Assembly (NCBI RefSeq): GCF_001194135.2
Contig: NC_068988.1
Location: 73,705,027-73,769,026, forward strand
Direction: 5' to 3'
DNA from: Octopus bimaculoides
Lineage: Eukaryota
DNA: 64,000 nucleotides
Under the pieces are notes generated by a model, which had not been told where the DNA came from, searched no databases, and saw only the letters and a list, made by a program, of their open reading frames with translations. The position numbers and the translations under genes are program-made. This document shows, in pieces, positions 1 through 11,374 of this stretch (within the stretch, counting starts at the first letter, position 1; the number at the start of each line of letters is the position of its first letter).

Positions 1-510
1 ACTTAGGGTTATTCCTGAAGTTCACTTTGTAGTCTTTGTTATAAAAGAAGACCAGGGTGCTCAGCATTCTACCCTCTGCTCTATCTTTTCTAACCCTTTG
101 GCAACTAGATTAAAAGATTTGTAAGCTTTATTTCTAGATTTCTATGCCTCAGAAATTCCGTTTTTCAGAGAAAGCATACACTTTATTTTATTTCCATACA
201 ACTTTGGAATTGTTACACACCTCACAGAACTTGATTATTTTTAAGATATTTAAAAGGTCCTCTTCAAATCTTGCTATGTCATTGTTATATAGTGGATTCT
301 TGCATATTCTGATGTCAAATTTGTCTTTTGAAGAAATAAACAGGCTATGTCAATTCTTATAAACCTTTCTGCTTCCCCCCTGCACACATTCCATATATTT
401 CTCAGATGGAATTGAGATGGTTTTAGCCAGAACGGCAAAATCGTGTTTATCCATATAGGGGTCTATTTTTAAGCAAAGGAGCTATATTAATTTCTGTTGA
501 ATATCCAAGA
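1..510 (-). mobile_element. Decayed Penelope-like retroelement ORF fragment
   Basis: Manual minus-strand translation gives stop-broken peptides DIARFEEDLLNILKIIKF and FYNKDYKVNFRNNPK, resembling the region N-terminal to and entering the RT of Penelope-like elements. Recognition by eye only. Confidence 0.45.
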
Positions 511-735
511 AGCAATGAATTATAAAATTCAATATGTAAATATTAAGTATTCTTTAATACATTATAATTAAAGGACTCATAATTGCCAGAACTGTTTCAC
601 ATTTCCACTCTTTCAGCTGGTAATTCCACCTTGCTTTCTCTTAAATGTGTGTATACACAGACACAGACACACACACACATACACACACACACATATATAT
701 GTATATATACATACACACACACATATATGTATGCA

Positions 736-1641
736 TCTCCTAATATAATAATGAGCCTAGTGTTTTTATATATTTGCCCAAAATCACGCAGGGGGAATAT
801 AAGAAAGAGTGGTATAAGTAAAGGGAGATGGGAGAAAATAGTAATTCAGTGAAGAAGTATTGAGAGTAATAGCCTTGTCTGAGAGGGAGTGAGAGAAAGT
901 AATAGCAATGAGAGAGAGAGGAAGTGGCAAAGAGCACAACGTGCATCTTCTGTTTTTCTCCGTCACAACATATGAATGAGAAAGGAAGAGGTGAAAAAAA
1001 AAATCAGCATTTCAACTCTGTGAGTATATATGTGTGTATGTAAAAGGAGATGTGTGTGTGTGTGTGTGTGTGCAATGGAAATGGGAAGGTGAACGTTCAA
1101 CGCTGAAAAGAAAAATCAAACAGCATTTCAACTCTGTGTGAGTATATGTGTGTACATGTACAAGGGAAGTATGTGAATGTATGTGAACATTGACAAGTGT
1201 ATTAATTTGATTTACCATCCATATCTACTATTATAGTATTCTTGTGTATTTCTCTGTCACAACATATGAATGAGAAAGGAAGGGGTGATAGATGAATAAG
1301 GAAGGAAGGGATGATGGCAAACTTGGTAGTGGAATGATGAAAGTTCTATGGTGAAAAAAAAATCAAACAGCATTTCAACTTTGCGTGAGTATGTGTGTAT
1401 ATAAAAGGGAATCGTGTGTGTGTGTGTGTGTGTGCAATGGAAGTGGGATGGTGAACATTCAATGCTGAAAAGAAAAATCATACAGCATTTCAACTTTGTG
1501 TGAGTATATGTGTGTGTGTGTATGTACAAGGGAAGTATGTGAATGTTTGTATCTGTGATTATTATATACCTTAATTTATACCTTATTTATATATAAAATA
1601 CTACAATTAACCGTTATTTTTGATGGCATGGGACCAACTAG
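736..1641 (+). mobile_element. Non-autonomous Helitron
   Basis: 5' TC start (tctcctaatataataatgag), 3' imperfect hairpin ccgttatttttgatgg then CTAG, inserted between A and T with no TSD. The paralogous empty site atgtatgca|tatataagaat is at 44347/44348. Contains two related tandem units of about 300 bp with (GT)n. Confidence 0.8.
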
Positions 1642-2089
1642 TATATAAGAATATGTATGTGTGTAAATAAGGAACATCATTTCTTTCAAACGTATTACCA
1701 TCAAAATATGAATACATTTAAACTTAATCTTACCTACTTAGCAGGAGGATCAGGGAATACTAATTGTCATCTATACTATAATGGAGAAAGCTGATTATTA
1801 ATTAGGTATGTAACAATTACTAAAAGTACTAAAAGAAAGCAATTATTAAAAGGTTGACCATCTTGAATGAAGAAGAGACAATACAGGACATGTGGGGACA
1901 TATAACATATAAAAGATGAATGATATGCAGTTGAAGATGAGCCGACCACCCCCCGGCCCCACTCCGGGATGGTTACGCTTTTACAATTAATTCAAATGTT
2001 TCTATAAAATTCCTTTTTTTTCTTTTACAACGTTCATTGTTTATTCACAGTTCCATTTTTTTCTAATAGTTAATTCTCAATAATTTTAC

Positions 2090-3390
2090 TTACCACTTGA
2101 TGTCTTTATCTCATCATATTCTACCACTGGGGTGCAGGGTTCATTCTCACCAGTGGATTTACATCCGATGGAAATGCTTCTTTTAGTGTCCTATATCTTT
2201 CTTCATTTACCAAAATACACTTCATGTCTTTATTGTAACTTTCTGTTAATTTTACTTTTGTAATACCTTTCATTTTCATTATTTTTCTTTCAATTTTCTG
2301 ATTAGTGCAATATGTTACAAAGTATATTTTGTTTCTATATTATGTGCACCTTGTGTGTCTGTATGTCAGTGTGTTTGTGTGTCTGTGTGTCTGTACGTCT
2401 GTGTGTTTATTTGGTGATTCCGTTCTGCTTGTGATGTTTTTTCTTTTTGGTGAACCTATGGGTGTGTTGCTTCTGCTTACTGTTGTTGCCTGTCTTAATG
2501 GGTATGTTTCTTCTTGTGTCTTATGTTTCTTTTGCTGTAGTTCCTCCGTGGGTAGTGTATTCCTCCTCTCTCTCTTTTTTAATGTCTGTAAACTTTGTGT
2601 TCTGTTCCATGTCTCGGGTCTTTCACCCCAATTCCATTTCACATTCCTGTGCTTCCATCTCTGCAACCTCTTTGACTTGTTTGAGACACCTTTTTTTGAT
2701 ATGTCCCCTCTCCACACAAGAAAAGCAGGTAGGGAGCCTTCCCTCCAATATTACTTCCAATTTCACCCCATTGGACAGCTCTATTGTCTCCGGTATTCCA
2801 GCATTGTCTATTTTGTTGACCCAGAAAAACATCTCCAGCTCGTAACCCCAGCAGTTTATTTGTTGGGTCCAGGTTACCTGGAGGATGCTAATGGTCTCAT
2901 CTCCCATGTCAAGGACCGCCTCCATCAGTCACTCAGGCTCAATCCTGCCTATCCTAACCCTGGCAGCACGCTTGCCCAGGTATGTAGGCAGGAGAGTCCA
3001 CTTGTCCGAATGTAACAGCACAGCGGAGTACTCCCTTGCCTCCTCTTTGGAGACAAAGATGACCACCACTGTGCCGTACCTTCTACCTCTTGTATGAAAG
3101 GTAATAACATCTTTAATATCCTCTAGGCACTTTTCCACCTTTTCCTGTGTTGCCATATCTATTCTTCTCTTGCTTCTCGAGAATGCTCTGTATATTATCT
3201 CTTTCTTTTCCATTTCCTTCAATTCTTCTTCTGGCAGGGAGGGAGGCAACTTTATGTTAGACTCCTCTCTCTGTAACCTATCTTGGTGTTTATCAATGAG
3301 CTCTTCCTTGAAGTCCACTTCATATTGCTTCAGCAAACTTGGGTCCACAGCTTCCTGTCTTCCCATTACTGCAGCATAACTCGTCTCCAT
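2090..3390 (-). pseudogene. L1/Tx1-type LINE ORF1 (gag-like, CCHC zinc knuckle), broken by in-frame stops
   Basis: ORFs 2929-3390 and 2623-2925 share a frame and are separated by one TGA. They contain CFSCVERGHIKKRC (CX2CX4HX4C). Further acidic/basic low-complexity peptide continues to about 2090. Confidence 0.65.
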
Positions 3391-3757
3391 TTGAGATACC
3401 TTTTTACGTAAAAATCAATTACAGACACAAGCCAACCAATACAGATGTCCAATGGGTTTCATAATTTAGTTTACATGTGATGTATTAGTGTTGAATTTTG
3501 ATTTGATTTTTCTAATTTTTTTTTAAGTGACATTCCTATACAAAGATATACTGCCGTCGACTATTTTTTTAATTTTGTGTCTTAAGTATAAGAGGTACCA
3601 GATGTAATGTGCAAGAGAGAAAGCTAAGCTTTCTCTCTTGCACATTACACAAATGGTCTTGCACATATGGTCATATGACTGTGTATGGACGAGGTCAGCA
3701 GCATAAAGAAGTGTCAATCTCTAATTGTGGAAAAGGTAAACCAAGGAAGGCATGGAA

Positions 3758-4270
3758 TCATCATCATTTAAGTCCATTATCCATGCTGGCATGGGTTGGA
3801 CGGTTTGACCAGGGCTGGTGAGATGGAAGGCTGCACCAGACTCCAGTCTGATTTGGCATCATTTTCTATGGCTGGATGCCTTTCCTAATGCCAACCACTC
3901 CAAGAGTGTAATGGGTACTTTTACATGCCACCAGCACTGGTACCATTTGTGTGACACCAGTATCTGTCACGACTGCAATTTTGCTCAGCTTGATGGGTCT
4001 TCTCAAGCATGACATGATGCCAAAGGTTTCGGTCATTGCCTCAGTGAGGGCCAACACTCGAAAGGAACTCAACCACTTTGCCTCTGTGAGGCCCAACGCT
4101 CGAAAGAAACTCAGCCACTTTGCCTCCATGAAGCCCAATGCTTGAACGGTGCTCTTTACATGCCACCAGCATGGGTGTCAGTTATGTGACACCAACACCA
4201 GCCATGACTACAATTTCACTTGGCTTGACAGGTCTTCTCAAGTACAGCATATCACTAAAGGTCTCAGTCA
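3758..4270 (-). mobile_element. RTE LINE 3' end (GAT tail), with about 44-bp tandem repeats
   Basis: catcatcatttaagtccattatccatgctggcatgggttggacgg... is the reverse complement of the 3' end of the RTE copies at 10225 and 48922. Three ccactttgcctc...cccaac units at 4030-4140. Confidence 0.85.
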
Positions 4271-4274
4271 CTAG

Positions 4275-4780
4275 TCATTGCCTCGGTGAGATTCAAAGTT
4301 CGAAGATCATGCTTCATCACTTCATCCCATGTTTTCCTGGGTCTACCTCTATCACAGATTCCTTCCAAAGTTAGAGATCAGTACTACTTTACATGGCTGT
4401 CCTCATTCATATGCATCACATGATGATACCAAAACAGTCGTCTCTCTTGCACAACACATCTGATGCCTCTTATGCCTAATTCTTCTCTCAAGATGCTTAC
4501 ACTCTGTCAAACATGCACACAGACATTGCACATCCAGCAAAGCATACTGGCTTCATTTTTTTCAAGCGTACACATGTCCTCAGCTGTCACAGCCCATGTT
4601 TCACTGCCATGTAGCATGGCTGTTCTCATACAGGCATCATACAATCTGCCTTTCACTCTGGGAGAGAAGCTTTTGTTGCCAGTAGAGGTAGGAGCTCTCT
4701 GAACTTTGCCCAGCCTAATCTTATTCTTACAGCTATGCTCTCGGAGCATCCACCTCCAGGATGAGTTGATGAAATATGAT
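4275..4780 (-). mobile_element. RTE LINE ORF2 C-terminal fragment
   Basis: ORF track 4507-4914 gives RVKGRLYDACMRTAMLHGSETWAVTAEDM, the same family as 10326-11003. Confidence 0.9.
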
Positions 4781-4869
4781 CTTTGGATGTTGAGTCTCAC
4801 GGAAGCAATAACAAAGCGACTGAGACTTTTGGTGATTTGCAGTGCTTCAGAAGACATGTCAAGCTGAGT

Positions 4870-5055
4870 GAAATCATAGTTGTAACCAGTGCTGATAAAA
4901 GGCACCCAGTACACTCTGTGGAAGAGTCAGCATTAGGAAGGGCATCCAGCTGTAGAAAGCAGAGTGAAGATGAGTGCAGCCCTTCAGCTGCCAGTTCCAG
5001 TCAAAATGTCTAATCCATGCCAGCATGGAAAACTGATGCTAAATGATGATGATGT
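4870..5055 (+). mobile_element. RTE LINE 3' end fragment
   Basis: aaaggcacccagtacactctgtggaagagtcagcattaggaagggcatccagctgtagaaa...taaatgatgatgatg. Confidence 0.8.
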
Positions 5056-7179
5056 AATGTATATAGTGAGTTGCAATGGCCTCTTATGAATGCATGGTCA
5101 ACCAACAAATTTTACTTATGACATTTACAACTTTCATGTTTACACTGAAATATGTATATTACATTAGCTGTTTGAAATATCTTCTGTGTTACACTAGTTT
5201 ACAATTTTTATTCAGGCATTTTTATAATATATTCTAACTATACGTTTGTAGCTAGATGTAGTACATGTTCCATTCTGTTTTTATGAGTTCTTAAATATCA
5301 GTCTATAACCAGAGGTGGTTTGCATATTTTTAGTAAGTGCTGCATAAGTTGGATGGGTTGTGTCATCTGGGTGATGTATTGTAGTCTAGAGAGGTGTGTA
5401 CTTGACATTGTGTTCCCAGATGGCTAATTTCCACAATACCTTTATTAAATTTATTTTTGGTTGATATGTGACAATTTATGAATATTTGTCAGTTGTCTCA
5501 TTTAATCAATTATTTAGACTTATGAAGTCAGTTTATATTTCTGTAACATTCGTGTAACAGAATTATGCAAGAGAATTATACATTTCAAATTGTCTCATTG
5601 TATAAACAATAGTTGTATTTACTAATATATATAAAGGAAATTTGTACAATTAATGTGTGTACTGCAATGTGATTTGAATTACTGAAGCTTACCAGTTTTG
5701 CTTTGATCTCATTTGAAAATGAATATATGAACTGTTTTCTCCACATGAAATGTGTTGGTTTATTTTGTTGATTAGTTATCAGCAAACGCTGATATTTAAG
5801 GAGCAGTTCTTGCAGTTGGATAGATATGGTATATTTAAGTGAATAAATTACTCAGAGACCACCCACATAAAAAGCAATTGCCAAATTATTGTTAACAATT
5901 GAAAGCAGCATGGATTAAAAACATAATACAAAATTATCATGCAGTGAAGCAAGTTTAATCATTCGATGATTATATTAATTATTCCAGGAAAAAAGGGAGA
6001 CAATTATAAATGCTTCAATCTTTTAAAACCTTTACAGTGCAGTAGCCTTCATTGCACTGCCAAAATAGTGATGAAATTAACAACATAGACATGCTTTAGT
6101 CTTATTAGAACTCCTAAGTGAAGTACAGATTGATTAAGTCTAATGAGATTGGCACATGTTCATCACTGCCTTCCATATTTGCTAGAATAATTTAAATAAT
6201 ATTAGTTATTCACTAATATTGTCATTTCCTAAACTCTTAAATTCCTGTAGTGTTTTCTCTATATAAATCTCCTAATCTTGTTTGGAACTAGATTTTGATG
6301 AAATGCAGCTAATCCAGAGTTGAATTTGTATTCCAGCAGTCCTGTAACTTGGAAGCTGCATAACTAAAATCCGAAAAAGTATTCTTCTGAGATATATCTT
6401 TGCCTTCTCCATTGCAACGACTGTGGTATTGTCCTGTTGACATGCATCCTTTGTGGTCTCATAATTCAAACTGATAAAAATCTCTTCAGAAAAAAGAAAA
6501 TACTCAACGAGATTTGCTTCTGAGTTTAAATATTTTGAAGGATTCATCAATACAATGATCAGTCTACTTCTGCTCCAATTAACCTGGATATAAATTCCAG
6601 TCACATCACTTATATGTAACAGACAATACTGAAAGATCACTCTGATTATTTTTTTCAAGCACAAATTATTTTCCATAAATAAATCATTAATAAGTAATGA
6701 CATTATTAAATAATATCACCAAATTCTATCTCATCACTTAAGGTACTGATGTGTAAAAACTGAGCAAAGCAAATCTGAAGAAATTCACAAAAAATAAACA
6801 CATGTGTAAGTCTTTTGACAGGAAGTTTTTTTCTCAAATGAGGTTAAGCTTTGTTTCTCATACAGAAGAGTGGTCAGTTCCATGGGCCCAAAATGATTTC
6901 TTGAGATGCAGTTACATATTGTTCAAAACTTGATGACAGCTGTAGTTACTTCAATAAGATAACACTAAAGGCCAGGGTTGTTTATAATGCAAAGAGTTTA
7001 GATGATACATTATGTCACCTTGTGTGTTTATATGCATGTACCTTAAGATACTGTGGGCAACAAAGCCAATTCTTCTGATGCTATGTGAAAGAGAGTTTAT
7101 GCAGTTTAGTTAGGGTGAGAGGGTGGAATTAGTATATAATGTATGGAAAGTTGGACGTTTATTGATGTTCAAGAACTCA

Positions 7180-7335
7180 GTCCACTCGGTAAGGTGGTTG
7201 GTGTTAGGAAGGGCATCCAACAATAAAAACCCTGCCAAAAGACAGTGAAGCCTGGTTCAGTCTTCTGCCTAGCCAGTACCTGTCAAATCATCCCACCCAT
7301 GCCAGCATAGAAAACGGACATTAAATAATGATGAA

Positions 7336-7345
<10 letters not shown>
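7180..7345 (+). mobile_element. RTE LINE 3' end fragment with expanded (GAT)n tail
   Basis: ggtgttaggaagggcatcc...aaacggacattaaataatgatgaagatgatgatgat. Confidence 0.8.
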
Positions 7346-7366
<21 letters not shown>

Positions 7367-7663
7367 CTTATTCTAAATACTCACAATTTTAATAGATATT
7401 ATGGTCTAATGACTTCAATGTGTTAAATAAAGTCTACCTATGAATATGCATATAGTTCTTAATAATTTATGCATTTAGTTTTATTTTGTGACTCAATATG
7501 TCTTGTTTTATGAGTGTGAAATTTGTTATTTGATAGGTTTTATTTACTAGTGGTTATTTTATTTATTATATAAGGTCGATAAAAGAGTGGTATAACACAG
7601 TAATGTAAGAATGCTGGAAAATTTTAGTATAACATTTAATTAGTTCTTGTGGAACCAAAATTC

Positions 7664-8592
7664 TTACCTCCACCTTAGCAAAGGCAGAGGTATTGTTTTC
7701 AGTCATGTTTGTTTGGTTGTTTGGCCATGGACAAGATATCTCAAGAACCACTGGATGGATTCAGATGAAACTTTCAGGGATGTTTGGCCTCGTGACTGGT
7801 ACAAACTGATTAGATTTTGAGATTGATCCAGTACTGGACAAGGATTCTGGATTATTTGTTATATTTACTTTACATGATTACGATCTTAAGCTGACTTTCA
7901 AGTCTTTCTCAATTATTTAAGCTGTTTCCAAAGTTTTATTTTTGTTTTTCTATTATTAATTTTACTTGCGTCGCTATCTTAGTAGAAACTGGTGGATAAA
8001 GAAATCAAACTACATAAACAACGGCAGCAAGACCATTCAGAAATTAATAACACTAACATATTTTTATAATATATATATATATATATTATACATACATATT
8101 AACACTTTACAGTATATTCACATATATACATGCATCTATACATTGATCTAAAACAACAAGAATACTAAAGGAAGGCCAGAACTTAAGAGAAGAGAAAACC
8201 AAAAGGTCTCATGCAATTCGTTTTAAAATTCCTGAGTAGAACTTATTATTATTACGTGCGCCTTTGAAACTATTTTGAATGGTAAATTTAACTTTGGCTT
8301 CTATTAGATAAGGATAAACTATTTATTACTGTTACTAAATTTTCTACAGCCACCTTCACATTCCATGACTACCATTGGGATCAATCAGGTACTGGACAAG
8401 GATTCTGGATTATTTTTCTGTTTTTTTTTTACTTAATTTTTGAGAGCAGTTGGGCTCGTTTTTAGTATTCTTGTTTGTGAGAGCAGTTGAGTTTGTTTCA
8501 GATATTCTCATTAAAAATCACCTCTGGCTAATCGATGAGAGGACGTTGGTGTTGCTTTGGCAGAGGTTTGCATTCTCTGAGTGCTCTTGTTT
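7664..8592 (+). mobile_element. DINE-1/HINE-like (Helentron-associated) non-autonomous element
   Basis: 5' acctccacc...ggcagaggt and 3' ggcagaggt followed by hairpin gcattctctgagtgc and a T-run. Internal repeat gtactggacaaggattctggattattt occurs twice (about 7830 and 8390). Confidence 0.55.
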
Positions 8593-8948
8593 TTAATGTA
8601 ATGTGAGAGAGTGTGTTTGCATTGTCAGCATAGAATTGTCTGTTGATCCAAGATATTGAGTATATAGAGATTGAAAAGAATAGTAGATAAAAAAGATCTT
8701 TGAGATGCCATTTAGGAACTGTTGGATCTAGGATGTTATGTTGCTAAATGACTCTCTTAACAACCAGACAGATGAATAGAATAAATGAGTGCTACACAGA
8801 AATTAAGTAAACACAATAGTTTAACAATAATATTTTATGTATTAGATACAGCAAAACAAATATAAAATCATAATTAGAATATAACAGAAAACAAATTTCT
8901 TCACTATAAATTATAATTTTAACATTAAGTTCATAATTACAAAAATTA

Positions 8949-9000
8949 TCAGTCAGTATTAATCAGTTCTTTCTTCTTCGATGACTGGCCTGAAAGGTAG
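8949..9000 (-). CDS. MPC1: Mitochondrial pyruvate carrier 1, last coding exon (C-TAC...GAC-TGA: (F)YLSGQSSKKKELINTD*)
   Basis: Acceptor atttgtttttatttttacag| at 9001. Phase 2 completes TT|C from the 133-nt exon. TGA at 8949-8951. Confidence 0.8.
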
Positions 9001-9861
9001 CTGTAAAAATAAAAACAAATTAAATTTTAATTGAAAATATCCCTGCATTTGTTCTTTTCATTAAAATTAGGAATTTTGTTGTTCATGTCGGCAAAAGTTA
9101 GTAATCTGTTTAATTTTGATTGCCTATACAATCAGCTAATAGATTTTAAATATAAATTCTCTTTCCACTAGATGTCTATATTATGAGACTTGTAACTTTT
9201 TGATATGTGTGTGTGTTTATAGGTCTCTCTTAAAACTGAGCCTCTAGTAATCTGTCTAAATTAGGGATTGTTTTTAGCCAATAATACCATATTTGGTATT
9301 ATAACATAGTCTGCTTCAATGTGTTTCAATGAAAAGTCTATAAGTTGGTAATAAGATATCATATGCACTAAGCAACATCACTTCTAATTTGCTTCAATAA
9401 TCTAAAAATTCAGTTTATAATTAAAGAAATTTTTTATTTGATTGAACTGGACAATTGCAACATAATGTTCTCAGAGTGCCTCATTTACTTTAACAATGAA
9501 GTATCAAAATCATATAGAATTGAGTTTAGGTGTAAAATAGGACTTGACATAGATGATCAAACCAATTCTTAAATGATACTGAGTGCAAACTTTATTAGCA
9601 ACTATGTGTTACAACAGGGCACATATCTTTGCTTTGCAAATGCTGCTTAGTGGATAATCGATTTCACTCATATTTCAAGATTGAGTATTTACTGCTAAAA
9701 ATAATTCAGCTGTAATGCGTTATCCAGCAATTTGCAAATTTAAATATTCAAAAATGCCTTCTCAACCAAACTAGCATAGAAAATGGATACTGAACAGAAA
9801 AAGAAAGTTTATAAATTCAGTTAAATAAACTAAATTAAATTAAAGAAAAAAAAAAACTTAC

Positions 9862-9994
9862 AAATGATTGACAAATCTTGTTCCCTGGGTCAGCTGTGCA
9901 GAAACATTGGTAAAATGACAAGCAAAGAGAAGAAGATTTCTGGGTTGAACTTTCCAGGCAAATCTCATAAAAAGTAATGAATAAATTGTGAGAG
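9862..9994 (-). CDS. MPC1: Mitochondrial pyruvate carrier 1, 133-nt exon: (A)[43 protein letters not shown]
   Basis: ctttttattttcag| acceptor and |gtaagt donor. The peptide matches the MPC1 family motif FMRFAxKVQPRNxLLFACHxTN. Confidence 0.97.
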
Positions 9995-11178
9995 CTGAAA
10001 ATAAAAAGTTGTTTTAAATACACAAATGAATATTTCAGTGTATGTTATTGAAAAATCTTACCTAGTGTTATCTGGATAAAATAATTTTAGTAGTGGTTAT
10101 TATTGCTATTTTTCTAAGTGATTTCTCTAACATTCTGACTGTTAATGTCAAGTGTCTTTCAGCAATCAAGAAAGTTTAACCTTTGTTGCTAAGGTGTGCC
10201 TTAATTTTTACACTATATTTTGATTGCAGGAGAAATACCTAGCCAAAGATAAACCTCTGTACCTGGCTTTCGTTGACATGGAGAAAGCTTTTGACAGGGT
10301 CCTCCACTCCCTTATCTGGTGATCAATGAGGAAACTAGGGATAGATGAATGGTTAGTGAGAGCTGTGCGAGCCATGTACAGGGATGCTGTCAATAAGGTG
10401 AGGGTTGGCAATAAGTACAGTGAAGAATTCCGGGTAGAGGCAGGGGTCCACCAAGGTTCAGTCCTCAGCCCCCTCCTATTTATCATAGTCCTCCAGGCAA
10501 TAACACAGGAATTCAAGACAGGATGCCCCTGGGAGCTCCTCTATGCTGATGACCTTGCCCTAATTGCTGAGTCACTATCAGAACTAGAGGAGAAGTTCCA
10601 GGTGTGGAAGCAAGGACTAGAATCGAAGGGCCTTAGAGTCAACCTAGCTAGAACCAAAATCTTAATAAGTAGGAAGGTAGACAAAACACAAACTCCTTCA
10701 GGTAGATGGCCCTGCTCAATCTGTAGAAAAGGCGTAGGTAGAAACTCCATAAGATGTACCCAGTGTAAGCTATGGACACATAAGAGGTGCAGCAATATCA
10801 AAGGAAGGCTAACTAGCAAGATAGTTTTTGTATGTGGCAGATGCTCAGGAGCAATAAACACTGAAAATGTGCAGAAAACAACCTTTGCCACATTCAAGGG
10901 AGAAAAACTAGAAGTAGTTGATAGCTTCCGTTATCTAGGTGATCAAGTTAGTAGCGGGGGAGGGTGCGCTGAAAGTGTAGTTGCTAGAATAAGAACAGCC
11001 TGAGCAAAGTTGAGAGAGCTCTTACCTCTGCTGGTGACAAAGGGCCTCTCTCTCAGAGTAAAAGGCAGACTGTATGACGCATGTGTACGAACAGCCATGC
11101 TACATGGCAGTGAAACATGGGTTGTGACTGCTGAGGACATGCGTAAACTTGCAAGAAATGAAGTCAGTATGCTCCAAT

Positions 11179-11322
11179 CATCATCATCATCGTTTAACGT
11201 CCGCTTTCCATGCTAGCATGGGTTGGACAATTTGTCTGAGGACTGGTGAACCAGATGGCTACACCAGGCTCCAATCTGATTTGGCAGAGTTTCTACAGCT
11301 GGATGCCCTTCCTAACGCCAAT
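11179..11322 (-). mobile_element. Antisense RTE 3'-end fragment inserted inside the RTE ORF2
   Basis: catcatcatcgtttaacgtccgctttcc...cctaacgccaat interrupts atgctccaat|ggatgtgtaatg; caat occurs on both sides. Confidence 0.8.
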
Positions 11323-11374
11323 GGATGTGTAATGTCAGTGTGCATACTCGACAGAGTGTAAGTACCTTGAGAGA

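Larger units (their letters stand above)
512..4140. repeat. Segment paralogous to 44178-45149, interrupted here by two large inserts
   Basis: 512-735, 1642-1780 and about 3450-4140 align in order with 44178-45149 (e.g. aaattcaatatgtaaat.ttaagtattctttaatacattataat; gacattcctatacaaagatatactgcc; aagaggtaccagatgtaatgtgcaagagagaaagctaagc). Confidence 0.9.

Noticed and set aside
1770-1790. Possible third Helitron start (tctatactataat)
   Set aside because: No matching hairpin-CTAG end near 3450, and the paralogous site does not show a clean A|T insertion.
2305-3015. 236-aa plus-strand ORF and overlapping ORFs
   Set aside because: Antisense shadows of the purine-rich LINE ORF1 on the minus strand; composition is biased and no domain is recognisable.
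5693-5850. Minus-strand open stretch ending at G|GTAAG (…SFSNEIKAKL)
   Set aside because: No convincing acceptor, no recognisable homology, and it lies beyond the MPC1 stop.
6790-6960. Plus-strand splice-like signals suggesting a convergent gene
   Set aside because: All frames close within about 25 codons and no partner exons were found.
8959-9000. Reading the last exon as LPFRPVIEEERTD*
   Set aside because: Needs phase 0; the upstream exon ends in phase 2 (TT|C).
9835-10023. ORF-track peptide [19 protein letters not shown]
   Set aside because: Wrong frame of the MPC1 133-nt exon.
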